Positions 18,662 to 28,214 of a DNA stretch of 64,000 nt are shown here, in pieces. A model generated the notes under the pieces. The model was not told the DNA's origin and searched no databases. It saw only the letters and a program-made list of their open reading frames with translations. The DNA is from Desulfobacterales bacterium (GTDB lineage Bacteria > Desulfobacterota > Desulfobacteria > Desulfobacterales > UBA2245). Every line of letters starts with the position of its first letter. Positions within the stretch are counted from its first letter, which is position 1. The DNA is taken from NCBI GenBank assembly GCA_040771865.1, contig JAXGZF010000003.1:310001-374000 (forward strand), given 5' to 3'. The position numbers were made by a program, and so were the translations under genes.

Positions 18662-21600
18662 TCATTTTGAGGAGTCCATGAGTTTCCGAATCACGATTCG
18701 ATGGGCCGACAGGGTATCGATCGCTCGAAGCGCATCGTATCCGCCAGCGGTTTCAAGGGCGTTTTGAATGTTTTCAAGCACCCGGTTGAGGTTTTTCAGA
18801 TCCTGGCGGGCATATTTGACCCAGACGGAAAAAGGTTCCGTTTCGATGGCTTTCCGGTAAGCGGCCACGCATTTTTCAAGCCGGCGGGTCGGATGCTCGA
18901 ATCTGACCGCGGTTTTCGAACCGTCGTCTTGCAGAGGCAGGACCTTGATTTCTTTTTTCCAGAGGACCTCCATGTCCTTTCCGGCCAGCCGGGCGATCTT
19001 GACATATGCTTCTGCGGCATACCGGCTGTAGAAATACTCCGATGCGATGATCCGGTAAAGGGTTTCGGCCTGTTCGTACTGTTTCAGGTGTTCCAGGCAC
19101 TGGCCGCTGATCAGGATGCAGTTGATGACATCCCGGTGGTCATAATTTTTCCGGTCCCTGATCAGGGGGGCTATGACCCGGACGGCGTCCGTAAAATGCC
19201 GTTCCGCCTCCGACTGTTTTTCCTGCCTGGCAAGCGCGACGCCGAGACGGTAGCAGCGATTCCCCTCGATGTAGGTGCGGACGGGTTTGTTGCGCAGAAC
19301 GGCGCCGGAAAAAATGATCAGGACGGCTGCAGCTGCGGTAGCGATCAGAAGCCAGGGCCGCAATCTGGCGGCTGCTTTTTCGGCGGATTGCCAGAATTTA
19401 TGCGATGGATTTTTCAGGGTAGAACTTTTCCTGTGCCGGTTCAATCGTCGAAAGATTTCCCCCAGTACGATGAAAAATCCGCCCAAAAGGGTGACGATGC
19501 CGCCCGCCAGCTCCGCTCCGGAACGGCCGTAGGTCAGAACGACCTCCGGTTCTCGGGGAATGACCAGCATCATGTGCGGACTGACCGGATAGACGGCATG
19601 GGCCCCCTGAACCCGCCAGTTCGGAAAATAGGAGACCTTGATCAGGTGGGGCTCGTTGATGCGGTCTGTGCGGAACCGGATGTGAAAATGGTCCAGATCA
19701 ACCTGAATGGAATCTTCATCCGTTCGCACCGGTTCGGGCCTTATCCGGTCCAGTTCATCCAAATCCGCAATCACGCCGGAAAAAGCCGCGCGGTCCCGCG
19801 GGTCCCTGACGAATGCGTCCGGAACCATCAGCGGCGCATTCGGGTCCGACCGCTTCAGCCAGTCATAAAACGCGTCCGGCCAGTTTTCCCCCGCATAGAG
19901 AACCGGCCGGATCCGGGGAATCTCCACGTATTGTCCCTTGCAGCCCGTATACCGGAAAACCCACAGGTTTCCGAAGACCGCCTCCTTGGAAAACCATTCA
20001 GAGGCGCCAAGGGCCTGCTTGAGCGTGTCGGTCGCCACAATGACCTGGGAGATGTTGTACAGATCAAAATGCGCCGGCAGGGCCGAAACGTTGATCTTGG
20101 ACAGTATGCCGGCGCCGGGCGTCTTGATGTTTTTCGAAAATTCGGTCTGAAGAAAAACGATGCTGCGGGCCGAGAAGGCGCCGGCGTAATGAATGCCTTC
20201 CAGGGTTTGGCGTCCGGAAAACAAGGGCAGGGATTCAAACACCCGGTCTCCGCCGTAGGAACCGTATAGATCACATTTTTCGTAAGCCACGCGCGGGGCG
20301 TTCAACGGATCTTTGCCCGCAGATGGATCGTTTTCCCCGAGGTACTGGTTCACCCGGGCAAAATCCCTGTACCCGGGCCTGGACTCATAGCCGCCGTTGT
20401 TGTAGGCATACCAGTCGTCCGCCTGTCTGGGAATCAGCGTGACGGCAAGAAAGACCGCAACCCAGGTCAGAGAGGCGATCCAGGCACGGGGGGCGAGGCG
20501 TCGCTTTGCCAGAAACGGGGCGGGCGTTTCCACGGCCAGAATCATGATCAGGGCGTACATCATCGGAGGCAGGAAGCGGATGTCCGGCACCTGTAAAAAA
20601 TGGGCCCCGAAGTAAACGGTTGCGCATCCGGCGATCAGGGCCGTCCAGTAAAGAAATCGGGATGGCTGAAAATTTTCCTGAGCCTGAAAGAGGGCAAGCT
20701 CGAAACGCCCGGATCGAAGCGCCCACCAGCACAGAACGGCCCCTGCGGCGATCGCGGATATAACGAGTATGCGAAGATTGAATGCAGCCGGTTGGAACTT
20801 CAAGGCGGGAACCTGTTTCTGAATGATTCCGAAAAGGGTCCAGACAAGCAGAATCGTGAGCGCCAGCATGCAGAACAACGCGGTTTTCCGGCAGAATTTT
20901 TCAAAAGCCGGGCCATTTTTCAGCGCCAGAAAGCCGAGCCCAACCAGAACCACAACCCCGGTGCCGATCGAAAGGGGCAGGGTCCAGGGCTCGGCGTGAG
21001 CGGCAAAACCTGAACCCATCAGCGCGGCCGGCATGTGCAGACCCGAATGCCAGATGTCTTTTTCCAGTAAAAGAAACTGGCATCCCAGATACACGATGGC
21101 GCAGACGCCGGAAGCAACCAATCCGGCAAAGCCCAGGCGACGGAGCGTCCGCGTTTTTTTATTCTGGTTTTTTAAAACCGTGAACGCCAGGCCCGGCCCG
21201 GTGCAGAGCACGATGATCAGCCAGCCGGCAAGGGCGAACCGCCAGCTGACGTATTCCTGCCATATCATGTAGATCGGGCTGGTGTAGGGATTCCGGTAGG
21301 CGAGAATGGGAAGAATCCAGAACGCCATGCAGATGAAGCCGACGGTCGCGACTCGAACGATATAGCGGATTTTCGCGCGGTCAAAATACGAATACGCGAC
21401 CCAGATCATTGCCGGAATAAACACGAACAGGTGGCAGAGGCCGATCAGCCCGAGCAGAAGCCCGTTGGCATTCGCGCGGGTTCCGGTTTTGCATCCCCGG
21501 TAATAGGTTCCGATAAAGAGGGTAAACAGCGCAAAGGCGGTCATGTAGCAGAACTCGCCGGCAAAGGTGCTCAGGGCATTGCCGCCGAACATGGTGTAGG

Positions 21601-22045
21601 ATTCGTTGAACAGGAACAGAAGCGAGGCCGAGGCGCCCATGACCGGTCCGGGGAAGCGGTGGCCCATGTTTCGAAGTCCGCAGTAGACGCAGGCCGGCAG
21701 CAGGAAGATTCCGCTCATGATCGACCACTTCAGGCAGACGGTCAGCGGAAGGCTGAGCAGCTTGCCGACGGCGGCGGGAACCAGAAAGGGCGGAATAAAA
21801 TAAAAGGTGAAGTTGGGGTATCCGCCAAAATTTCCCATGTCCCAGCCGGTCAGGCGGCCTTCCGGCAGCAGCGTTTCCGCCAGATGATTAGCGATTCCCT
21901 GCCAGCTGGCCGTATCGCCGCCGGTAACCGTGGTGTCGAGCAAAAGATACCGCGGGTCAAAATATGCCAGCAGGAAGCCGGTCAGGCCGAAGAGCAGCAG
22001 CGCATCAAAATATCGAACCGGCCAGGAATGCCTATCGGGTTTCAT
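18662..22045 (-). CDS. Large polytopic membrane protein, PTPS-related/YfhO-like GT-C glycosyltransferase with C-terminal TPR-like region
   Basis: TGGDTASW in first loop, GWDMGNFGGYPNFTFYF, many TM helices, HLIKVSYFPNW...VYPVSP (YfhO-like), TPR-like helices at end. Confidence 0.7.
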   Translation of the reverse strand: MKPDRHSWPVRYFDALLLFGLTGFLLAYFDPRYLLLDTTVTGGDTASWQGIANHLAETLLPEGRLTGWDMGNFGGYPNFTFYFIPPFLVPAAVGKLLSLPLTVCLKWSIMSGIFLLPACVYCGLRNMGHRFPGPVMGASASLLFLFNESYTMFGGNALSTFAGEFCYMTAFALFTLFIGTYYRGCKTGTRANANGLLLGLIGLCHLFVFIPAMIWVAYSYFDRAKIRYIVRVATVGFICMAFWILPILAYRNPYTSPIYMIWQEYVSWRFALAGWLIIVLCTGPGLAFTVLKNQNKKTRTLRRLGFAGLVASGVCAIVYLGCQFLLLEKDIWHSGLHMPAALMGSGFAAHAEPWTLPLSIGTGVVVLVGLGFLALKNGPAFEKFCRKTALFCMLALTILLVWTLFGIIQKQVPALKFQPAAFNLRILVISAIAAGAVLCWWALRSGRFELALFQAQENFQPSRFLYWTALIAGCATVYFGAHFLQVPDIRFLPPMMYALIMILAVETPAPFLAKRRLAPRAWIASLTWVAVFLAVTLIPRQADDWYAYNNGGYESRPGYRDFARVNQYLGENDPSAGKDPLNAPRVAYEKCDLYGSYGGDRVFESLPLFSGRQTLEGIHYAGAFSARSIVFLQTEFSKNIKTPGAGILSKINVSALPAHFDLYNISQVIVATDTLKQALGASEWFSKEAVFGNLWVFRYTGCKGQYVEIPRIRPVLYAGENWPDAFYDWLKRSDPNAPLMVPDAFVRDPRDRAAFSGVIADLDELDRIRPEPVRTDEDSIQVDLDHFHIRFRTDRINEPHLIKVSYFPNWRVQGAHAVYPVSPHMMLVIPREPEVVLTYGRSGAELAGGIVTLLGGFFIVLGEIFRRLNRHRKSSTLKNPSHKFWQSAEKAAARLRPWLLIATAAAAVLIIFSGAVLRNKPVRTYIEGNRCYRLGVALARQEKQSEAERHFTDAVRVIAPLIRDRKNYDHRDVINCILISGQCLEHLKQYEQAETLYRIIASEYFYSRYAAEAYVKIARLAGKDMEVLWKKEIKVLPLQDDGSKTAVRFEHPTRRLEKCVAAYRKAIETEPFSVWVKYARQDLKNLNRVLENIQNALETAGGYDALRAIDTLSAHRIVIRKLMDSSK

Positions 22046-22802
22046 CGGATGCCGCGGATGGTGAAGGGTTTCGAAAAGTCCTGTATTTCAGCGCGATTTT
22101 ACACAGTTCCAGAATCATGCGAAAGGGATCACGGGTCATCCGGATGCCGGATCCCGAGTGCCGGACCAGATGAACCGGAATGCGGCACACGGAAAGGCCC
22201 ATGTGCCTGGCCAGCACAAAGATCTCCACATCAAAGGCATAGCCCCGGGTTTGAATCGCGGGAAATATTTTTTGGGCCGCCGCTTCGGTAAAGCCCTTGA
22301 AACCGCACTGGCTGTCCTGAATATCCATATCCGTCAGGCAGTGCGCCAGGGTTGAAAAGATCCGCCCCGCCAGTTTGCGAAACCGGCCGGTTGGAACGCT
22401 TTGCCCGGATTCCGGAAGATACCGGTCCCCGGCGACGATGTCGCAACGAAGGGTTTGAAATTGCCGCATGGCCAGGGAAAATGCGTCCAGCCGAAAGGGC
22501 AGATCCGCGTCCGTGAAAAACCGGTACCGGCCTTTGGCTTTAAGCATGCCGCATTGGATGGCGCGGCCCTTTCCGCTGTTCTTTTCAAATCGGATCAGGC
22601 GGACGGGGTGTTGCTTCGCAAAATCCTCAAGCAGTTCCCGAGTTCCGTCCGTGCTGCCGTCGTCCACGCAGATGATTTCATGGCGCACAAAGGTTTGCGC
22701 CAGAAAGCCTTCCAGCATGTTCAATGAAGCGATGATCCGGTGGGCCTCATTGCAGGCGGGAATGACAACGGACACAAACTCCGGAAATTTTGTTGAATTC
22801 AA
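22032..22802 (-). CDS. GT2 polyprenol/dolichyl-phosphate glycosyltransferase-like
   Basis: SVVIPACNE, VDDGSTD, NSGKGRA, FTDADL (DxD), DSQCGFK, AFDVE; overlaps start of the GT-C gene. Confidence 0.92.
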   Translation of the reverse strand: MNSTKFPEFVSVVIPACNEAHRIIASLNMLEGFLAQTFVRHEIICVDDGSTDGTRELLEDFAKQHPVRLIRFEKNSGKGRAIQCGMLKAKGRYRFFTDADLPFRLDAFSLAMRQFQTLRCDIVAGDRYLPESGQSVPTGRFRKLAGRIFSTLAHCLTDMDIQDSQCGFKGFTEAAAQKIFPAIQTRGYAFDVEIFVLARHMGLSVCRIPVHLVRHSGSGIRMTRDPFRMILELCKIALKYRTFRNPSPSAASDETR

Positions 22803-23049
22803 TGGTTCACCGGCCTCAAGGGTTCAGGGTTGCCAATCGCATCGGATCAAAAGTTGAATACCGTTTAACCTCGTTCTTGTCAATTCATCAACGCTTGTGG
22901 ACATAGATCGGACTAATATGCCAAGCTTCATATTTCAGAATGACTTGACAGATTTTTGTTTCCTTGTTTGACTGCATAAATAATCGGCATATAGCAACGC
23001 ATTCTAAGTAAATTTAATCGGATTTACCGCCGTTTTTTCAAGGAAAATT

Positions 23050-24477
23050 ATGTCAGCGCTCAACATGTTGGCCCGGATTAAAATTGATGGACGAATGGTC
23101 CTGGCAGTTTCTCTCCTGGCGTTTCTATTTACTGCAGCTGTTTCCTGCCTGAAGGAAGCATATTTCTGGAACAGCGCCTATGACTTCGGAATCCATGTCC
23201 AAGCTATCTGGAAAATGTCGGCCTTGAGAGGGCTATTTAATACAGTCCGAGGCTTGCCGATATGGGGCGACCATGTGTGGTTTATTATGCCGATTTTCGC
23301 TGTTCCTTATGCATTGTTCTCGAGTCCGTATACGTTACTTGTTTTACAGGCCGCATTAATCGTTTCCGGGTTTCCTGCGGTGTATTTTCTGGCTAGGAGC
23401 AGGGGACTCGGGGAACAGGCAGCCTTTGGTATTTCTCTGATTTACCTGCTGTATCCGTCGACATTCAACATGATACTGGATAATTTTCATCCCGAGATAG
23501 CAGCCACCACATTCTTGCTTTGGGCCTTCGTTGCTCTTGATCGAGAGAGGCATGGAATTTTCGCTGCCTGCATAGCCCTGGCACTTTTATGTAAGGAAGA
23601 TGTGGCATTGCCGATATCGGTGTATGGGGTGATTCTTTTTCTGCAAGGCAAACGAAAGACGGGTGCAATAGTTTTCTTTGCATCGATTGTTTATTTTGCT
23701 GTTGCCATGAAGGTTGTTCTGCCTGCTATGAACGGTAACGGTTTTTTTCGATTTTCCGGCGGTTATTGGTTCTCCGATTTCGCAAATAATTGGAATAAGC
23801 CGAATTTCTATATTCGGGTGTTTCTTGATCCCAAAAGCATCGAGTATGTAGTCAAGCTTTTTGTCCCTCTCGCGTTCTTACCCCTCATCGATTTTCCAGC
23901 TCTTTTTCCGGCATTCGTCCCAATGGCAATTAACATTCTGAGCCGGACCGGGTACTTGATCAGCGGGCGCTACCATTACGAATTCACTATAATCCCCTTT
24001 TTTTTCTTAGCATTTATAGGCGCATTGGTTAAACTGGATACCCCGTTGAGGCGAAAGTTATTTTTACCTTTAACGATGGCTGCGTTGCTTGGTTTCTTCT
24101 GGAATACCACCTTCGGGCTTGACGTTGTAGGGAAAGCGCCTCAATTGTTAACTTCCCAATCCCGGCAACAAAAACTGGAAGCAATCTCCTTGATCCCCAA
24201 AGATCCTAAGGTCACGGTCAGCGCCTCTCATTGGATGGTTACCAAGCTGGCGAATCGGGATTCGATTTACATGTTCCCCAATCCATGGAAAGCTCAGTAT
24301 TGGGGTATTGACGGAGAGCAATATCCATCCGGCGTGAAACCTAGCTGGGTAATTGTCGACATATCAACAATCGGCGATGAAAATGCCGCCCTATTTAAAC
24401 GGATTGCCGCATCCGGTGAATATGAAGCAATATATTCGTCCGGGACGCTACATGTGATAAAAAGGGTATCCGAATGA
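23050..24477 (+). CDS. DUF2079-like membrane protein (probable GT-C glycosyltransferase)
   Basis: SAYDFGIHVQAIW, GDH, SPYTLLVLQA, FHPE, CKEDV, YHY motifs; polytopic; AT-rich relative to flanks. Confidence 0.8.
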   Translation: MSALNMLARIKIDGRMVLAVSLLAFLFTAAVSCLKEAYFWNSAYDFGIHVQAIWKMSALRGLFNTVRGLPIWGDHVWFIMPIFAVPYALFSSPYTLLVLQAALIVSGFPAVYFLARSRGLGEQAAFGISLIYLLYPSTFNMILDNFHPEIAATTFLLWAFVALDRERHGIFAACIALALLCKEDVALPISVYGVILFLQGKRKTGAIVFFASIVYFAVAMKVVLPAMNGNGFFRFSGGYWFSDFANNWNKPNFYIRVFLDPKSIEYVVKLFVPLAFLPLIDFPALFPAFVPMAINILSRTGYLISGRYHYEFTIIPFFFLAFIGALVKLDTPLRRKLFLPLTMAALLGFFWNTTFGLDVVGKAPQLLTSQSRQQKLEAISLIPKDPKVTVSASHWMVTKLANRDSIYMFPNPWKAQYWGIDGEQYPSGVKPSWVIVDISTIGDENAALFKRIAASGEYEAIYSSGTLHVIKRVSE

Positions 24478-24730
24478 ACCCGCTATGTGCGGGACAGGGG
24501 CGGGATTGAGGGTTGCAGCGGCATCGAGGAACGGGGTTCTGTCTTCCGAAATCGGTTCCGGTGACGGCGGAAAAATATCGGTAAGGTGGCGATGTTGAAA
24601 ACAGCCTGTTTTGTCGAAAACATCCAGCTTGCAACTGTAAAAAACATTAACAAGCTATTAAATAATTTTATAGTTTTCGAGAAAGCCGTGTGCCGGTGCT
24701 TTTGTCGAGTTCGTTTCATAAAAACCATTA

Positions 24731-24743
24731 TTTCAACAGGTTG
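24731..24743 (+). promoter_or_regulatory. Putative IHF site
   Basis: TTTCAACAGGTTG versus WATCAANNNNTTR (1 mismatch), about 40 bp upstream of a sigma54 promoter. Confidence 0.4.
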
Positions 24744-24781
24744 TACGGAGGGCGGCAGCGCCTTGAACGATACGAAATTAC

Positions 24782-24797
24782 CGGCACGGAATTTGCT
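24782..24797 (+). promoter_or_regulatory. Sigma54 promoter of pilin cassette 1
   Basis: CGGCACGGAATTTGCT: GG(24783)-N10-GC(24795), close to TGGCACG-N4-TTGCW. Confidence 0.8.
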
Positions 24798-24841
24798 GAA
24801 CATATTTTAAAACTCACAATCTCTACATAAAGGCAGGCTCC

Positions 24842-25291
24842 ATGAAACATTCAAAAGGGTTTACGATGATCGAGCTGATGATAATCCTTGCCGTTCTCGC
24901 GATACTAATCGGCATCGCAATTCCCTCTTATAACTCGCTGATGCCACGGTACCGGCTCAACGGCGCGGCCCGTCTGGTCGCCACGGATCTGAGCGGCGCG
25001 CGGATGAAGGCGGTCAAGCTCAACAGGAGGGTTCAGGTGTTTTTCAGCTCCCCGGAGTATAAGATTTGCGATGACGCCAATCAAAACGGCACGGTCGCCA
25101 CGGATGAAGGCGATGTTCAGAATATCGATCTGCAAACCCAGTATCCGGGCGTATCGCTTTCATCGTCCGGAGGGGACCTGATATTCCATCCCCGGGGAAC
25201 CGCCGTAAACGAGGTCACCGTGACCCTGACCAATGCCAGCGGGTTCAAACAGGTTGAAGTCAACATCGCCGGGCGCGTCAAGCAGCTTTAA
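24842..25291 (+). CDS. Type IV minor pilin FimT/FimU/GspH-like (cassette 1)
   Basis: Prepilin site KG|FTMIELM; ARMKAVK; C-terminal VEVNIAGRVK. Confidence 0.9.
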   Translation: MKHSKGFTMIELMIILAVLAILIGIAIPSYNSLMPRYRLNGAARLVATDLSGARMKAVKLNRRVQVFFSSPEYKICDDANQNGTVATDEGDVQNIDLQTQYPGVSLSSSGGDLIFHPRGTAVNEVTVTLTNASGFKQVEVNIAGRVKQL

Positions 25292-25309
25292 TTCAGATGA
25301 GGTTAACTT

Positions 25310-25762
25310 ATGAACGGCAGAAACAATATTTATGAAACAGAAAACGGCAAATCTGTGAACCGTCGGGATTCGGGGTTCACGCTGATTGAGACTGTGATCG
25401 CCCTTCTGGTTCTCACGATCGGCCTGCTGGGAATGGCCGCGCTGTCTATTTCCGTCATGCAGGGCAACAAATCCAGCAATCGGATCTCGACGGCGACCGC
25501 CGTGGCCCAGGACAAGATGGAAGAACTCAGGGGTCTGGGATATGACAACCTGCCGGCATCAGATTCCGGCGACATTGATATCAATGGCTTATCGTATAGT
25601 TGGGATGTCGAGACGGTTACAACGAGATATGACGCAGACGGTGACGTGACGACTGATCCAGATGATCCCGTCTTGACGATCACCAAAAAAGTAACAGTGA
25701 CGGTTGAGTGGGAGGATGCGGAGACACATTCGGTCTCAACTCAAATGCTATTTACAAGGTGA
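25310..25762 (+). CDS. Type IV minor pilin PilV-like (cassette 1)
   Basis: SG|FTLIETV...IGLLGMAAL; AQDKMEEL; VTVTVEW. Confidence 0.88.
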   Translation: MNGRNNIYETENGKSVNRRDSGFTLIETVIALLVLTIGLLGMAALSISVMQGNKSSNRISTATAVAQDKMEELRGLGYDNLPASDSGDIDINGLSYSWDVETVTTRYDADGDVTTDPDDPVLTITKKVTVTVEWEDAETHSVSTQMLFTR

Positions 25763-25767
25763 TGCAT

Positions 25768-26835
25768 ATGCAAAAAGAAAATGACTCAAAAAAAACCGAT
25801 GGGTTTTCCATTGTGGAAATGCTGATGGCCGTGGCCATCGGCCTGATTGTATTGGCCGGCCTGGTGGTGACGTTTGTGAGCCAGAAGAAGGCCTACGACG
25901 TTCAGGCTCAGGTCGCCGAAATGCACCAGGGAGCCAGGGCCGCGCTGGACATGATCAGCCGGGATGTTGCTGGCGCCGGATATGATCCGACCAACTACGG
26001 TCTTGAGGCTGTTCCGGTAGCTCAAGCGCATAAAGTGCAGTTGCGCGCCGATCTCAACGGAGATGGGGATACCGATGATGACTTTGAAGACGTCACCTAC
26101 GAGCTTGCGGGCACGGTGATCAATCGCACTTCGGGCGGAAGTACCGTGGCGTTTGCCGAAAACGTTGCTGCTTTGAATTTCTTGTATTACGATGCTGACG
26201 GCAATACGACCACCGATCCGGATGAAATTCTAAAGATCGTCATCACGCTTACCACGAGAACCTCCCGGCCGGATCCGTCCTTCGACGCCAACGGCGGATA
26301 CCGGACCCGGACTCTCAGCTCCGAGGTCATTCTGCGGAATATGGTCGAAAACATCGCGGCATTGCCGACCGTTGCGCCGGTCACCACGATCCCTGTCACC
26401 ACAAGCACTGAGCCATCGGTCACTGAGCCATCGGTCACTGAGCCATCGGTCACTGAGCCATCGGTCACTGAGCCATCGGTCACTGAGCCATCGGTCACGG
26501 AACCCACGGTTACGGAGACCCCGACCACCTTGCCGCCGGGTGGGTTTGAAGTGACGATACTAGTCTATCCAAATAATAAAGGCGCGGAGATTACCGCTGA
26601 GGTCCAATCTTCTGTTTTAATCGGATCGGCTAAGTTGTTCTACCAGGTGAATAATACGGGAGAGTGGAATGTAGTGGTGATGAGTTATGTTTCTTTTGAT
26701 AAGATTGATACGTACACGTATTCCGTGACGATTAGTTTTCCAAAAGGAGCTCGTATCGACTATTATGTTGAGGCCTACGACGCGGATGAGGAATTTATGG
26801 GCAGGAGCGCAGATAAATACTTTATCGCAGAATAG
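25768..26835 (+). CDS. Type IV minor pilin PilW-like with TEPSV repeat linker and extra C-terminal domain (cassette 1)
   Basis: DG|FSIVEML; ARAALDMISRDV; the normal PilW end VILRN is followed by a T/P/S/E/V-rich linker and about 100 further residues. Confidence 0.88.
   Translation: MQKENDSKKTDGFSIVEMLMAVAIGLIVLAGLVVTFVSQKKAYDVQAQVAEMHQGARAALDMISRDVAGAGYDPTNYGLEAVPVAQAHKVQLRADLNGDGDTDDDFEDVTYELAGTVINRTSGGSTVAFAENVAALNFLYYDADGNTTTDPDEILKIVITLTTRTSRPDPSFDANGGYRTRTLSSEVILRNMVENIAALPTVAPVTTIPVTTSTEPSVTEPSVTEPSVTEPSVTEPSVTEPSVTEPTVTETPTTLPPGGFEVTILVYPNNKGAEITAEVQSSVLIGSAKLFYQVNNTGEWNVVVMSYVSFDKIDTYTYSVTISFPKGARIDYYVEAYDADEEFMGRSADKYFIAE
26406..26510 (+). repeat. In-frame 15-bp tandem repeat (CACTGAGCCATCGGT), 6 perfect + 1 degenerate copies
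   Basis: Perfect copies at 26406-26495; degenerate CACGGAACCCACGGT at 26496-26510; encodes TEPSV. Confidence 0.97.
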
Positions 26836-26932
26836 CTCGGAGCTTCCGTCTGCTCATTTGACAATGCGCATGGCTTCCGGCCGGAGCGTTCGGCTCGATC
26901 AAAAAGAGATTAACCTCCCGGGAGGTGATGAA

Positions 26933-28120
26933 ATGAGATTTGTCAAACACGTTGAAAACGAGCGAGGAATGGCGCTGGTCACGGCCATGCTGTTTATGGT
27001 GATACTGTTTTTTCTCGGCGTGGCCGCCTATATGATGACCAGTTCCGATCTGAGGATCAGCGGCTACTATCGTCAGAGCCAGGAAGCCTTTTACGTGGCT
27101 GAATCCGGCGTTCAAGAGGCCTTGGGACGGATGAAAGCGATCTATAGGAGTCAGATCCTTGCTACCCCCTCAAATAAGGATGCAAGCTGGCGTTACTATA
27201 TCGGGGATTCGGCCCTGGCCACCGAACTGAAGGGTTCGAGCTGTACACCCGATGCCGCCAGCCTCAGCGGCATCGGCATGAACTATGCCGTGCAGCTCCG
27301 GTTAAAGACCGGTGCGGATCCGAATTCGTGGGGCATCGGGAACAGCAGCCAGATTCTTTACTGGAACGGAACCGCGGAAACCCCGACATATTCACGCGGC
27401 GCCTATCCGATCTTTATCGTCACCAGCCTTGGCGCCAAAGGCGACGCGCGCAGCAAGATCATTGCGGAGATGCGCGGCAACAGCACTTTTTTGGCGCCGA
27501 ATGCGGCTCTTTATGTCAACGGAAATCTGACCAAGAACGGGACCGCCGGGTCCGCGATAGGCTCTTATAATGTTGATCCGCCCGATTGCCCCGCCGTAGC
27601 TGACGTGATTACCACGTCAGCCGCTGCCGCACCGAATCAAGCCTCGGACTGGCCTGCGGGTGCCAGCGTTCCGCCGTGGCTGGATCCCTATGGCGAAGTT
27701 TATATTATAGATGATGTGGTGGAGCGGGCCAGAACCAACTACGATCAACTCGTTACTTCGGGCAATAATCAGGAGTTCGGAGACTACCCAACCGATGAAC
27801 CGAGAATATATTACAGCGCCGGCGACTGGACTGGCAACGGCCTGGACGGGTATGGGCTATTGGTGATCGGTCCCAATCCCGACGGATCCCCTGGAGATTT
27901 CATCACCGGCGGGAATATCGAGTGGCACGGGGTGATCATTGTGACCGGCGAGTCGGTGTTCGACGGCGGCGGCACCCAGGAGATCTACGGGGCGATGATC
28001 GCCAACGCGGTGACCACTGTCAACGGAACGCCGGATTATCTCTACGATTGCGACCTTATGAACGATTTAATGGACTCGACGCCCACATTCCAGGTTTACT
28101 CCTGGAAGGAGGATCTCTAA
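26933..28120 (+). CDS. PilX-like minor pilin with large C-terminal domain (cassette 1)
   Basis: ERG|MALVTAMLF (no Glu5, as typical of PilX); AFYVAESGV; RBS GGAGGTG. Confidence 0.85.
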   Translation: MRFVKHVENERGMALVTAMLFMVILFFLGVAAYMMTSSDLRISGYYRQSQEAFYVAESGVQEALGRMKAIYRSQILATPSNKDASWRYYIGDSALATELKGSSCTPDAASLSGIGMNYAVQLRLKTGADPNSWGIGNSSQILYWNGTAETPTYSRGAYPIFIVTSLGAKGDARSKIIAEMRGNSTFLAPNAALYVNGNLTKNGTAGSAIGSYNVDPPDCPAVADVITTSAAAAPNQASDWPAGASVPPWLDPYGEVYIIDDVVERARTNYDQLVTSGNNQEFGDYPTDEPRIYYSAGDWTGNGLDGYGLLVIGPNPDGSPGDFITGGNIEWHGVIIVTGESVFDGGGTQEIYGAMIANAVTTVNGTPDYLYDCDLMNDLMDSTPTFQVYSWKEDL

Positions 28121-28136
28121 TCACTGCATGAAAGAT

Positions 28137-28197
28137 TCATCAGCCGGCCGCCCTGTTTCCCCTGTTGCGGGAGAAGCAAGGCGGCCGGCTTTGATGA
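28137..28197. terminator. Hairpin between convergent genes (probable terminator)
   Basis: AGCCGGCCGCC ... GGCGGCCGGCT stem, flanked by TCATC/GATGA. Confidence 0.5.
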
Positions 28198-28214
28198 CCT
28201 GCCCTGAAAAAAAT

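Noticed and set aside
18701..20269. 522-aa plus-strand ORF and similar long antisense ORFs (e.g. 34062..35129, 39076..40113, 49005..50144, 59026..60060, 60580..61794)
   Set aside because: All lie opposite better-supported genes and show no recognisable domains.
26406..26510. Possible CRISPR array
   Set aside because: Head-to-tail repeats without spacers, in frame in a CDS; no cas genes seen.
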